A DNA stretch of 64,000 nucleotides from Azolla caroliniana (lineage: Eukaryota; Plantae; Polypodiophyta). Where the stretch lies: positions 7,316,001 through 7,380,000 of the forward strand of contig JBHGNT010000013.1 of NCBI GenBank assembly GCA_043228905.1, given 5' to 3'. This document shows, piece by piece, positions 50,572 to 62,917 of this stretch (position 1 is the first letter of the stretch; every line of letters begins with the position of its first letter). The position numbers were made by a program, and so were the translations under genes. The notes below the pieces were generated by a model that ran no database searches, was not told where the DNA came from, and worked only from the letters and a program-made list of their open reading frames with translations.

Positions 50572-51450
50572 TGTTGTGGTGTGGCGTGTGAAGTGTGAGA
50601 AAAAGGGAGGTTCCATGCACATCTCATGAAATAATATATAAAAAAAATAAAAAAATAAAAATCATGATAAGTAACTTGTAGTAGCTTAGTGGGTAAGACT
50701 TATAAGTATATGTAGAGAGGTGTAGAGTTTGAGTTTCTCTTGCTATAAATTAAGGAGCATTTTGCTCCCCTTCCATTTTTGTGATAAAGGAAAAAAGAAG
50801 AAGAGAGTATGTAATGTTAAAATAAGCTCCTCTTTCCTCTATAAGAAAGGAGGGATAGGGGGGCTTATTTGGGGGTCGCCCATTTTGCCGTAGGCGTGTA
50901 CCACTAGGGTTTCATCTTCTTCTCCTCTTCTTCTTGGGTTAGGGTTTTGTAGCCTCCCTTTCTCCTTATCCCTTTTTCCCACTTCTCCTCTTCTTCTAGG
51001 GTTAGGGTTTGAGAGCTTCTTCTTTCTCCTCAACATACTAGAGGACTTAGGTTTTTAGGGTTTGTGAGTTTAGATTCTATTCTACTTCTTACTAAAGAGA
51101 TTTTAAGACTTGGCTACCTTCCACAATGGCTTCTTTAGCATCTCGGTGGTAATCAACTCGGTAGCTGGTGGCGTAAGGGAGATTGTAGTGGCATGAGAGC
51201 TACTCCGAATTGAGGCAACATAGTCATCGGAAGTAGTGAGACTTCAAGCCCACTAGACTCGCCTTTGCTGGTTTATTTTAGCCCCTTTGGTTGATTTATA
51301 ACCGATTATTGTAATAACCACCAAAATCGTGGTGTCAAGCCTAACAATTGTAAAAAATTAATCTTCCACTTCCTCACTACTTTTATCTTCCCGGTTTAAG
51401 GCCCCGACGGTCCCATTAAAGAGACACACGCACGTGAAATTTTCACGACA
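50572..51450 (+). mobile_element. Ty3/gypsy solo LTR with exact 4-bp TSD ACGG
   Basis: tgttgtggtg...ttcacgaca with ACGG at 50568-50571 and 51451-51454. Removal restores the integrase end NPFQDT*. TATA-like ctataag at ~50839. Confidence 0.88.
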
Positions 51451-52689
51451 ACGGGTTCTCCGGCATCGGGCCTTTGTACAGTTTTAGCCGGAACCCATTC
51501 ACCCATTTGTTCAGTATCTCGCCGGCCATCCTGCCAAGTTAGTAAGACCCATTGAACTCCCTTATAATCCAAACTGGTCCGGTCCGCTGGAACCGCAGCT
51601 TCCCCGACATGCTGCCCATCCGGGTTTGGAATACCAATACTGGCCTTCCGATGCCAAAATCCTTCTCATTGCTATGCCTATGCCAATCCACGAAAGCTTT
51701 ATGTCGGCATTGTTCGAGATCCAACTACAAAAGACTAGTTATCCGGTGTTCCTCTAACTCGCAAAGTGTCACCAACCGCATCTTTTGAGATTCCTTGTCA
51801 CTCAATCGCTCCCGGACCTGGATTCGTAAGCTGCGAATTTGATACTCCACAACATGAATGCCAATAAGAACAGTATCGTCCTCGTTTTATACGCCGTCCG
51901 ATAAGCCCATAACGCGTTGTGTAACTTGGTGTGTCAGTCCGTCCGGTTCTCATTTACGATTTTCCAGAGAATGTTTAGAAGCGTCTTGTTTGTTGACTCC
52001 GTCAATTCGTTCGCCTGCGGGTTGTATGGTGTACCGCGTTTATGAACTACTGCATAGAATGTCGTGACGCTTTTCACAACGTGACCGAGGAAATGTCCTC
52101 CCTGGTCGCTGATGAGCTCGATCGGACACCCATACCACCACCACCATATATACTCATACAAAAATTTTGTTGTCGATGTCGCGGTGTTATTCCCGAGCGC
52201 TTTTGCTTCCCCCCATTTTGTGCAGTAGTCTGTGGCTACAATGATGTACTAGTTCCCTGTGCGCATAGCCCCGTGGCTTAACTGGTCCCACGAAGTGTAA
52301 CCCCCACTTTTCGAACGGTTCTAATGGCAACACCGGTTGATGCAGCATCTGGGCCTTTTCTGTTCGTTGGCCCAACCATTGGTATCTTTACAATACCGGA
52401 TCGCATCCTTGAGGGTTGTCGACCTTCATTACCCACTTTTCCAAATTTTCCGGGCAATGGCGTCACCGGCATAATGCCCACCGGCTACTCTACAATGGGC
52501 CTCTCGTAAGATCGCTTCCTTGTGGTACAATGTGTCCTATATCAAACCAAAATGGCGACTTTGGACCTCCAGGCGTTTCAGTTCGTCCTGGCTCAACTCT
52601 TCTGGAGGTAGTCCATGAGAAGAATAGCGAAATATTGCTCGGCCAGAACTCGAGTCTTCTATCACTTTAATGATAATCAATCACAAAAA

Positions 52690-53422
52690 TGGGAAGTAGG
52701 GAGTGAGCGCACGTACACACATTGAAAATAGAGAGTACAGAGGATGTTTACGTGGAAAACCCTAATAGGGAAAAACCAGGGGAGCCCACAGACTCCACGG
52801 TACCCTAAGGTACAAACAAAGACTCGGAGGCAATGACGTCGAGCTCTGTATCTTCGCCAACCGGCGGTTACAATAGAGTATAGCTTTATATCTCACACAC
52901 ACTCTCTCTATACAACATTTACCACAATAGGACAACTCACAATTCACTCTCTATACAAAGTGATTGCCCTAAGTCATATTTATACTTATATGAACTTAGG
53001 GCTATTTACAGATATAGCCTCAATAGGCTTACTGAAAACATATTTACAAATATGTCCTCTCTTCCGGTTCTCACTAGGTCCATCCTATCCGGTTTCCGGA
53101 TTGCTTTCGGTTCTCATCGGTTCTCTTCTGGTTCTTACCGGGTCCTCTTCATTCATCACCGGATCCCATCCGGAGGGTTTCCCAACAATCTCCCGCTTCA
53201 CTCCGGCATGGGATGGTTTGTCAGCCGGATCCGCTTTTGGCACGCGTCTAGTCTGTCGGCTGTCAACACCTTAGTGAGCATATCCGACCCGTTCTCCTCC
53301 ATGTGGATCTTCGTCAGCACGAACTCTTGTTCTTTTACTCTCTGTTGGATCCAGTGGTACCTCCGCTGGATATGTTTCGTCCGCGAATGGTAGGCCGTGT
53401 TCTTTGCAAGATGGATGCACTT
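52690..53422 (-). mobile_element. copia remnant M: 3' LTR (~52690-53188), PPT and RNase H end
   Basis: LTR shares tttacgtggaaaaccc and gccctaagtcatatttata with J/N and ends cccaaca. RNase H tail HSRTKHIQRRYHWI is present. The left boundary is approximate. Confidence 0.75.
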
Positions 53423-53571
53423 TGATGTACAATTTTAGCCGGAACCCATTCACCCATTTGTTCAGTATCTCGCTGGCCATCGTGCCAAGTTGGTAAGACC
53501 CATTGAACTCCCTTGTAATCCAGAATGGTCCGGTCTGCTGGAACCGCAGCTTCCCCGACGTGCTACCCATC

Positions 53572-54332
53572 TGACGGGAACCCAACGTTCCTTATGTGTG
53601 ACGCTCAGCCACAACCGAGCGTAGAATGATACACAGAAACCGGGGAATAAAACACGACACAAAGGAGAGGAAGATATACACACACTACACAGGAGGTTTA
53701 CGTGGAAAACCCCAAACTAGGGGAAAAAACCACGACAGTCCACAGGTTGCAAACTGTCACTATGTAAGAATATACAAAACAGTGAGTCCACGGAGGCAAC
53801 GACCTCGTGCTCACGATCTTCGCCACAGGCGGCGGTTACAACAAAGGCAACGACCTCGTTCTCTCTCTCTCTCTCTCTCTCTTTGTACAGTTACACACTC
53901 TGATTTCGTGCAAGACAGAAATTGACCACAACAACTACTAAAAGTTTGCCCTAAGTCATATTTATACTAATATGACTTTTCGGCTATTTACAAATGTAGC
54001 CTCGATGGGCTCTCAGAAACATATTTACGAATATGTCTCTTCATCCGGTTCTCACCGGGTTTGTACCATTCGGCTCTCCGTAGCCGGGTACTCCTCATCC
54101 GGTTCATACCGGGCCTGCACCATCCGGCTCTCCGTAGCCGGGAACTCCTCATCCGGTTCATACCGGGCCTGCACCATCCGGTTCTCCGTAGCCGGGTACT
54201 CCTCATCCGGTTCATACCGGGTCTGCACCATCCGGCTCTCCGTAGTCGGGTCCTCCTCATACGGTTTCAGCTGAGTTTGTTCATCGGCACTATTCTTCTT
54301 CCTTCCCATCCGGAGGGACTTGTTTCCCAACA
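53572..54332 (-). repeat. 3' LTR of copia N
   Basis: Matches 58058-58823. Confidence 0.93.
54037..54260. repeat. 54-bp tandem repeat (~4 copies) in the N LTR; also ~58528-58752
   Basis: ctcctcatccggttcataccgggcctgcaccatccggctctccgtagccgggta at period 54. Confidence 0.9.
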
Positions 54333-54342
54333 AACTCCCCCT

Positions 54343-57300
54343 TCACTCCGGCATGGGGTGTCTTACTAGCCCGATCTTCTTACGGCATGCGTTCAGCTTG
54401 TCGGGTGTGAACACTTTGGTCAGCATATCTGACCCGTTCTCGGTCGTGTGGATCTTCCTCAATGCGAACTCCTGGTCATCTACTCTTTCCCTGATCCAGT
54501 GATACCTCCACTGGATATGCTTCGTCTGGGAATGGTAGGTCGCATTTTTAGCAAGGTGGATGGCACTTTGACTATCGCAGTAGAGCCGGTATTCCTCTTG
54601 CCGTATACCGAGCTCTCCGATGAAGTCCTTCATCCATAATATTTCCACGTCGGCTTCCACAGCCGCCATGTACTCCGCCTCTATGGTTGACAATGCAACC
54701 GTCTTCTGCAGCCTTGACTGCCATGAAACAGCTCCTCCTGCATATGTCATCACATACCCGGATGTAGACCGGCTGGTATCCACATCAGCCGACATGTCCG
54801 AATCGGTGAAACCGTCCAATTGAGGTTTTCCGGAGTCGAATAGGAGACACATATTTGAAGTGCCCTTCAAATACCGGAGTATCCATTTGACTACGTTCCA
54901 GTGCTCCTTGCCGGGATTACTCATGAACCGGCTCACCACTCCGACTCCATGTCCAATATCCGGTCGGGTACAAACCATTGCGTACATCAAGCTCCCGACG
55001 GCAGAGGCATATGGAATCTTCATCATATCTGCCTTCTCTCCTTTCGTCTTCGGCCTTTGCTTGCCGGACAGCTTGCAGTTTGCCGGAAGTGTCGATCCGA
55101 CCGGTTTTGCTTCTGACATGTTGAACCGGTGAAGCACCTTTGTCACATACTTCTCCTGTGACAGCCATAATTGCTTCACTGACCGGTCCCGAATGATGTG
55201 CATCCCCAACATCTGTCTTGCCGGACCCAAGTCTTTCATTGAGAAGGTCCGGTTGAGAGCCTTCTTCAGCATCCGTATTTTGCCTTGGTCTCGTCCGATG
55301 ATCAGCATGTCATCCACGTACAGGAGGAGTATCAGGAAGTCCCCTCCTTCGAACTTCTTCACAAACACGCAGTGATCGGCCTGCGTCTTGTGGTACCCTT
55401 GATCGGTCATGAAGGAGTCGAACTTCTGGTACCATTGCCGGGGAGCCTGCTTCAGTCCGTACAGGCTCTTCTTCAACCAGCATACCATGTGCTCCTTCCC
55501 TTTCTCCACAAATCCCTCCGGTTGCTGCATGTAGATCTCCTGTTCGAGGTCGCCGTGAAGGAATGCCGTCTTCACGTCTAGCTGCTCTACCTCGAGGTCC
55601 ATGCTTGCTGCAATACTCAGCACCGTCCGGATGGAGGTCATTTTTACTACCGGGGCAAATATCTCGTCGAAGTCCACGCCCTTCTTCTGCTGGAACCCCT
55701 TCACCACGATCCTGGCTTTGTATCTCGGGGGCTTGCCAGCATCTCCCGGTTTCAACTTGTACACCCACTTGTTTCGGAGTGCCTGCTTTCCTTTCGGCAA
55801 CTCCACCAATTCGTACGTATGGTTCTCATGCAGGGAATCCATCTCATCCTGCATGGCACTTAACCATTTTCGGTTGTGGGTGTCTTCCTTCACTTCTTCG
55901 AAGCTTTCCGGCTCCCCCTCATCGGTCAGTAGAACATGCTCTGCATCCGGAAATCTCCGGGGGGCCCTTCTCTCTCTGAGAGGATATCTCCGTCTTCGGG
56001 CTTTGGTATCCTCACCGTAACCGGTTGGTTCCTCGAGTGCTAACCGGTCTCTTGCCGGTTGGGTCTGCTCATCGTAGAGTCTATCCTTACCGGTCGACTC
56101 GGAGTTCATTATCTTCTTCTCCGACTCCCAGTCGGCGAGCGTCTTGTCCTCCATGAAGATAATATCTCGACTCCGGAATACCTTCTTTTCGACCGGGTCC
56201 CACACTCGGTAACCGAACTCATCGTCACCGTAACCGAGGAATATGCATGTCCGGGTCTTTGGATCTAACTTTCCTCTCCGGTCCTTTGCTACATGCACGT
56301 ACGCGAGACACCCGAACACCTTCAGATGCTGGTAGGATACTTCCTTACCGGTCCACATTCTCTGTGGCGTGTCTCCGTCCAAGGGTACTAAGGGTGATCT
56401 ATTTATCACGTATGTCGCCGTCGACAGTGCCTCAGCCCAAAACTTCTTGGGTAGTTTTGCATGCGCTAGCATACTCCGGACCCTCTCCATTATGGTTCGG
56501 TTCATCCTCTCGGCCAGTCTGTTTAGTTCCGGCGTCTTTGGCACGGTAAATTCGAGCCGGATTCCGTCTCATCGGTGGCCTTGGTCGGAAGGAGGTCCGG
56601 TTCTGCTTACCGGCCAGACAATCAATGCACTTCTCTAAGTGCATGTTCTTCACTGGAATGAGGTTGTCTTCTGCAAGCCTCTTCATCCCTTTCTCACTCA
56701 TATGACACATCCTCTTGTGCCACAGCTCACAGGCAGTGTCAGATGCCACGTTCACTTCTTCCGGACATAACCGGGCATTCATCAGGTACAGTGTGTTTAC
56801 CTTTCGGGCCCGAGCCACAATCAGGCTCCCTTTGCTGAACTTCATGACACCGTTCCAGATGCTACCCGTGTAGCCTTCATCATCTAGCCGACCGGCTGAT
56901 ATCAGGTTCAGACGAACTTCCGGAACGTGTCGGACATCCTTCAGCAACAACTTGCCTCCGGTTGGTATTGTCAGCCACACGTCTCCTATGCTGACAATTC
57001 GGCATGTCCCTTCATTTCCCATCTGGACACAGCCGTGATCACCGGCTGAGTAGGATGAGAAGCATTTCCGGTCCGGGGTAAGGTGGAACGACGCTCCGGA
57101 GTCTACCACCCAGGTCATCTCGACGCCGGCAAGGTTTATTTCACTCTCCTTGGTGATGAGCATCAACTCTTCTTCGCTTGCCCCGATTGTCGTCGTTCCC
57201 TTCCGGTCCGGCCCCTTCCGGTCTTTACCGTTCCGGTCCGGGGTTTGCTTCGAATCGGTACCGTCGGTTTCCTTGTCTTTACGGAAATGCCGACAGTTCT

Positions 57301-58027
57301 TTTGGAAGTGTCCCGGCTTGCCGCAATAGAAGCAAGTAGGCCTCCCCCTTGACTTTGACCGTGTCCCCGACTTCTCCCGGTTCTGGGGACTACGGTTTCT
57401 ATGTCTTCCACGTTCCGATTCAGTAAGAAGCACTTTGGAGTCGGAGCTCGTATCTTAGTCTTTCCGACGCGCCTCCTCATCTAGCAAGCTCGACTTTACT
57501 CTTGCTAGGGATAACCGTTTTCCTTCCGGCCCGGCGTTGCCCAAAGTGACAACCAACGTCTCCCAGCTATCCGGGAGGGAACCGAGCAGGAGTAGCGCAA
57601 GTACCTCATTCGCGAGAGGTACTTCCAATGAAGTTGCCTGGTGTGTCAGCCCCTGGAAGGCATTCATGTGCTCCGCCATGCTAGAGCCCTCTTGGTACCG
57701 GAGTCTTACTAGCTTCTAGAATACCGACACATGATTAACAACATTTTTGTTCTGAAACATTATGCCGATCTTCTCCCAGAGCTCATGAGCCTTGCTCTCT
57801 TCATTGAAGTTGTTGTACAGGCTCATGTCGATGAAGCACCGTATGTACGTCGTTGTCTTCATGTGCATCACCTCCCATATCGTGGCGTCGATTTTGTCTG
57901 GTCTCTTGTCCCCGAACTGAACCGGCAGCCAGAGGTCTTTAACCACGAGCATGTCCCTCATCTTCGACTTCCATACAGAATAGTTGGAGCCGGTGAGCTT
58001 GAACATGCCACCAAACGATTCGTCCAT
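54343..58027 (-). pseudogene. copia N gag-pol (stops at 57716 and 57455; integrase core deletion at ~56565)
   Basis: ORFs 57716-58027, 57455-57679, 56432-57433 and 54343-56544, highly similar to J pol. Confidence 0.92.
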
Positions 58028-58057
58028 ATTTCTGTGTTGTTTTGCTCTGATACCACT

Positions 58058-58341
58058 TGACGGGAACCCAACGTTCCTTATGCGCGACGCTCGGCCACAA
58101 CCGAGTGTAGAATGATACACAGAAACCGGGGAATAAAACACGACACAAAGGAGAGGAAGATATACACACACTACACAGGAGGTTTACGTGGAAAACCCCA
58201 AACTAGGGGAAAAAACCACGGCAGTCCACAGGCTGCAAACTGTCACTATGTAAGAATGTACAAAACAGTGAGTCCACGGAGGCAACGACCTCGTGCTCAC
58301 GATCTTCGCCACAGGCGGCGGTTACAACAGAGGCAACGAGC

Positions 58342-58377
<36 letters not shown>

Positions 58378-58823
58378 TACAGTTACACACTCTGATTTCG
58401 TGCAAGTCAGAAATTGACAACAACAACTACTAAAAGTTTCCCGAAGTCATATTTATACTAATATGACTTTTCGGCTATTTACAAATGTAGCCTCGATGGG
58501 CTCTCAGAAACATATTTACGAATATGTCTCTTCATCCGGTTCTCACCGGGTCTGTACCATTCGGCTCTCCGTAGCCGGGTACTCCTCATTCGGTTCATAC
58601 CGGGCCTGCACCATCCGGCTCTCCATAGCCGGGTACTCCTCATCCGGTTCATACCGGGCTTGCACCATCCGGCTCTCTGTATCCGGGTACTCCTCATCCG
58701 GTTCATACCGGGTCTGCACCACCCGGCTCTCCGTAGCCGGGTCCTCCTCATACGGTTTCGGCCGAGTTTGTTCATCGGCACTGTTCTTCTTCCTTCCCAT
58801 CCAGAGGGACCTGTTTCCCAACA
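58058..58823 (-). repeat. 5' LTR of copia N
   Basis: Adjacent to the PBS, TG..CA ends. Confidence 0.93.
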
Positions 58824-59081
58824 CCATTCGGGTCTGGAATACCAATACCAGCCTTCCGATGCCAAAATCCTTCTCATTGCTGCGCCTATGCCAGTCTACG
58901 AAAGCTTTCCGTCGGCGTTGTTCGAGATCCAACTACAAAAGACTGGTTATCCGGTGTTCCTCTAACTCGCAATCTGTCGCCAACCTGATCTTTTGAGATT
59001 CCTTGTTACTCCATCGCTCCCGGACCTGGATTCATACGTTGCGAATCTGATACTCCACAGCATGAATGCCAATCAGAATGG

Positions 59082-60610
59082 TGTCATGTTGTTACGCACG
59101 TGCGTGGGGAACGAGGCGGAACCACGGGGGCCTTGGACCGAGAAATAACCGAATGAGAAGAGGGGAAGAAAACTACCGATGTACTTCACACACGCATAGG
59201 CACGTAGATTCACAGGAGTTGCAACTAACTCCGAACAATGGAGACAGAATGAATGTATATGTATATATAAATCAAGGGGGTTACAACTGGCAAGCCGGCG
59301 AGTCATAGGATCTGACGCTTGCACACACACACACACAGAATGCGAGATGGAGACTCTGCCAGAAGCACTCGGGCGTTCCGCGGAGCAGAGTCAGCCTCCC
59401 AAAAATCTGCACAAAACGACTATGGAGACGACAGAGGAGAAGAGCTCGGTTTCAGTCCGGCAGCACTTCGTCCTCCACAAAACACAACCCCCCCTTTTTA
59501 CAATACCTCTCCCTCTCTTTTATAGCCGAAGGAGGGAGGTTGTTACCACCCGGTACATCATGTTTATTCCATGTCCTTTCCGACAGGGATACGCCTCGAT
59601 TTTCTCCCTAGTGAATGCGTGCCACCTAGGATTTCACCTCAGCCGACTTGTACCTATCTACGTTGTCGTGAAGATTTTCGGCAATAGTGTGAAAATCCCA
59701 TAAAACGTACAAAATCGAGTATGAATCACATAATACAATAATTGTGAAGATAACATTTTTAAAATAAATTTAATATCTAAGTACAAAATGATGGAGGTTT
59801 CGAATGCACTTTATTACACGAGAAACGAACAACTAAATGTCAAGATATGAGGGTATAAAGTTTGTGAAAGGAAAAGAGAAAATTGTGAGATATCCCACAT
59901 AGACACGACAAATACGGCTCTCATCATATATAAGGTAGAGCAAAAGATATTATCTTTGTGTCTATGTGTGGAGCATAGAGAGGTCAAGGTAACTTGAACT
60001 AAGAGTGGAGGTGTGCTAGCTACTCGTAAAGGGTTTTGGCCAACCAAAATCTGACCGGCGATGGAGCCGGTGATCCGGCGGCATCCGGCGCTGATGAGAC
60101 GACGGCATCCGGCGACGGCGAGGCGGCGGCATCCGGTTACGACATTCGGCGCCGATGAGACGACGACATCCGGCAAGGCACCGGTAACCGACGGCATCTG
60201 ACGAACTGGCGTCCGGTGACATGGTTATCATGCACCACATGTAATACATAAGCGCCAAATGGCAAGCATGCATTTTATGCATGTCTTGTACCCTCACATG
60301 CATCATATGCATGAGAGCATCTATAAAAGAAGGAAGGGGGAGGAGAAAAAACACGTTTTGTTTGGTTATGAAATTAATAAGAAGAAATTTGTTATCAAAT
60401 TGATCGTGTAACTTATTTCTTAAATCCAAAGATAAAAGTTCAATCAATCTCTCTCAATTGTTTAATCTCAACTTCTCTCTTTCCCAATCTATCTTAAGTA
60501 CTTTCTCGCCAAAGCTTGTGCCAAAGCTTGTACCGATTTTGAATCCTTCCGGTCCAGAACCCCGGCGGTTCCGCCTCACGATCCGCGTGTAGTGACGGAT
60601 CTTCACGACA
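59082..60610 (+). repeat. Putative 5' LTR of gypsy H
   Basis: Terminal inverted repeat tgtc(a/g)tg/cacgaca. The host integrase breaks off at 59081 and the PBS follows. The partner LTR is not in the window. Confidence 0.7.
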
Positions 60611-60657
60611 TAATTAAGTGGTGAACCCGACATGAATGAGGAGATTAATACTTGGAG

Positions 60658-62863
60658 ATGGCGTCCTCAAGCAACCAAGAAGGAGAGCTCGAAAGGATGA
60701 TGCTAATCGTCGAGCAAATGACGAGATCTTGGGACAACGACGCGAGCGTGGAGAAGGCTGTCGATCGTGTCGTAGAGCTCGAGGGCCAATTCGATGGAAG
60801 GAATGTTACGAAGTTCCTTGATGCATATAGAAGGGAGATGAATCAAAGGGACGTGTCCGAGGCACGTCAAATCATAATCTTCAAGAGAGTTGTCGCCAAC
60901 AACATCCAAAGACGCGTCATCGAGCTTCAAGAAGGTAAGACAACATGGTTCGAGTTCGAGATAATGATACTAGCGGAGTTCGTGACTGAAGACTCAACGA
61001 GGATGACTCGACATGCCCTGATGAAGTGGATAGAGAAGAAGAATAAGATTCTGAAGATGAGCGTCTCGAGGGTGTACGACGAATTCGACCAGATGTTTAG
61101 TCGTCTCCCCAATACGGACCAAGTGTTGCTTGAAGAGGACAAGACTTTGTACTTCTTGAAGGCCGTGGACATAAAGGATAGACGGGAGTTGGGGACTCTT
61201 CTCGAAGATGATACCCAAGCAAATGGGCTCGTAGGGGACTAGATCGTGGTGAAGCGGGCATGCAATAGGCTCGACAAGTGTCGCCGATGGGTTGATGACA
61301 CCGACTTGACGGGATCGACTACCACGGAGAAAGCAAGACCGCCGAAAGTAGCTGAGCCGCCAAGACAAAGTAACGTGGAAGAAAAGAAGATTGATGACGA
61401 CATCATTGAAGAGCTAGTGAAGAAGTTCGAGAAGGTCACGCTAGCCAACATGAATCGTCGGGGCCCTAAAGGAAAAGAACCCTTTAGATGCGTGTGGTGC
61501 GATAACATGGACCACATGAGAAGGGATTGTGCGAGCCCTCGAGAGGCGATTCGACAAAATATCATATACATAGAGGACAACATGATCTGCTCAAGCGAGA
61601 CTAGAAGACCCCTACGGGTGAATTTCAGAAGAGGAGGAATGAAGAAATCTATGGAGGATGCCGATGCGACTCAAGTGGATGCGATGCACTATGCTGTGTC
61701 GGCCGGAATAAGAATCGGGAAAGACAAGACTGAAGCTGCTAGAGCGGGAGCAAAGTTTTGGACTTCCGTTCTCGAATATGAGAAGAAGGGAAAAGTCACA
61801 TCGAACGAGGTAGAGCTTGTGGACCGAAGCGTGCAAAGCATAACCGGGTGGTTGGATCCGGTGGACGACAACACCATACTCGCAGAGGTGATGTGCGACA
61901 ACCACGAGGTGTTCGTCGAAGAAAAGAGAAAGAGAATAGAAGAGCAAGACCCATCAAAAAGACATGAAACAAGGAATGCGAAAAAGAAGGACGATGCGGA
62001 GACGAGTCGACCTTTACAAACGGAGGAACGAGAATCAAGCCGAAAAGGGGAGCCGAGCATACGAGTTGAAGAAACGGTTCGGCCCGTGAAGGTTGGTGTC
62101 GAAGACCCCGCTCGGAGGACAAGGACTATACCTACCTATAAGCTAAGGTCGGACATAGAGCAGACGACGGACCTAAAGAAGATTCTCGAAGAACGAGTTC
62201 TTGATAGCCACGTAACTTTGTCCTTGAGGGAATTGCTTGGCATTACGAAGAAGGAGTTCCATGACACGATCGTGGACCTTGTAAAGAGGAAGAGACAACA
62301 ATCGGACGAGGAAGAAGGAGAAGCCGCAAAAAGCAAAAACAAATGCCATAACGATGGCAAGAGACGAAGTCGATGAAGATATGGTGGACAACCACTATAC
62401 TCGACCTCATTGGGCACGAGCGACAACGGAGACGCCGGTGAAGATCGGGGAGAAGAAAGATACCGTGGTAGCCTTGATAGACCACGGCTCGGAGATCAAC
62501 CTCATGTCAACTGGCTTCTACAAAAAAGGAAGATGGCCAATCAATACAAACCACGGATGGAAGATTCGCGCGGCAACAAAGTCTACGGAGGACTTGTACG
62601 GAGCTTGTCCCAATATCAAAGTCACAATCGGGGATGTGGAGATGGATCAACACTTCTTCGTACAAGAATCGACGTCGCATCTTGTCATCCTAGGGCAACC
62701 TTATATCACATCATCTCGGATGGAGACCAAAGTGTTCGATAATGGAGCAGCCTTCGCACGAATAAAGAGTCTTGACAACCAAAGATCGGTCCAATTCCTA
62801 ACGGTGCGAGCCAATCATGAAAGGAATCGAGATAGTCTCAGAGGCGAATCCTCGGATTTTTAG
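60658..62863 (+). pseudogene. gypsy H ORF1 gag + protease (disrupted)
   Basis: GQFDGRNVTKFL, CVWCDNMDHMRRDC and ALIDHGSEINLM. Ends TCG GAT TTT TAG. Confidence 0.88.
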
Positions 62864-62917
62864 AGCGGACTATTGAAGCATGGGGCACAAATAGTCCGAG
62901 CAATCACAAGACCCCAC
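62854..62917 (+). promoter_or_regulatory. Putative -1 frameshift signal (G GAT TTT + pseudoknot)
   Basis: Heptamer 62854-62860, stem CGGACTATT/AATAGTCCG, and loop TGGGG pairing with CCCCA at 62912. Confidence 0.72.

Larger units (their letters stand above)
49105..52680 (-). mobile_element. Ty3/gypsy remnant L (Athila-like integrase plus downstream extra ORF)
   Basis: Integrase remnants PLEPFEKWGL(H)[25 protein letters not shown] and GPVWII..WVNGFRLK..MPENPFQDT* (split by a solo LTR). Degenerate extra ORF ~50110-49105. Confidence 0.8.
53572..58823 (-). mobile_element. Ty1/copia element N (Tnt1/Tork-like), full length with integrase deletion
   Basis: LTRs 53572-54332 and 58058-58823, TSD CCATC/CCATT, PBS 58044-58055, PPT from 54333. 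Confidence 0.94.
53423..59081 (-). mobile_element. Second copy of L-type gypsy integrase 3' region (53423-53571 + 58824-59081), split by copia N
   Basis: Aligns by eye with ~51476-51870 (DLEQ.R.KAFVDWHR.SNEKDFGIG, GSYQLG, WVNGFRLK). Confidence 0.8.

Noticed and set aside
54052-54333. Repetitive peptide ORF (YEPDEEYPATESRMVQAR)n in N LTRs
   Set aside because: A 54-bp period keeps several frames open on both strands. It is an LTR subrepeat with no evidence of translation.
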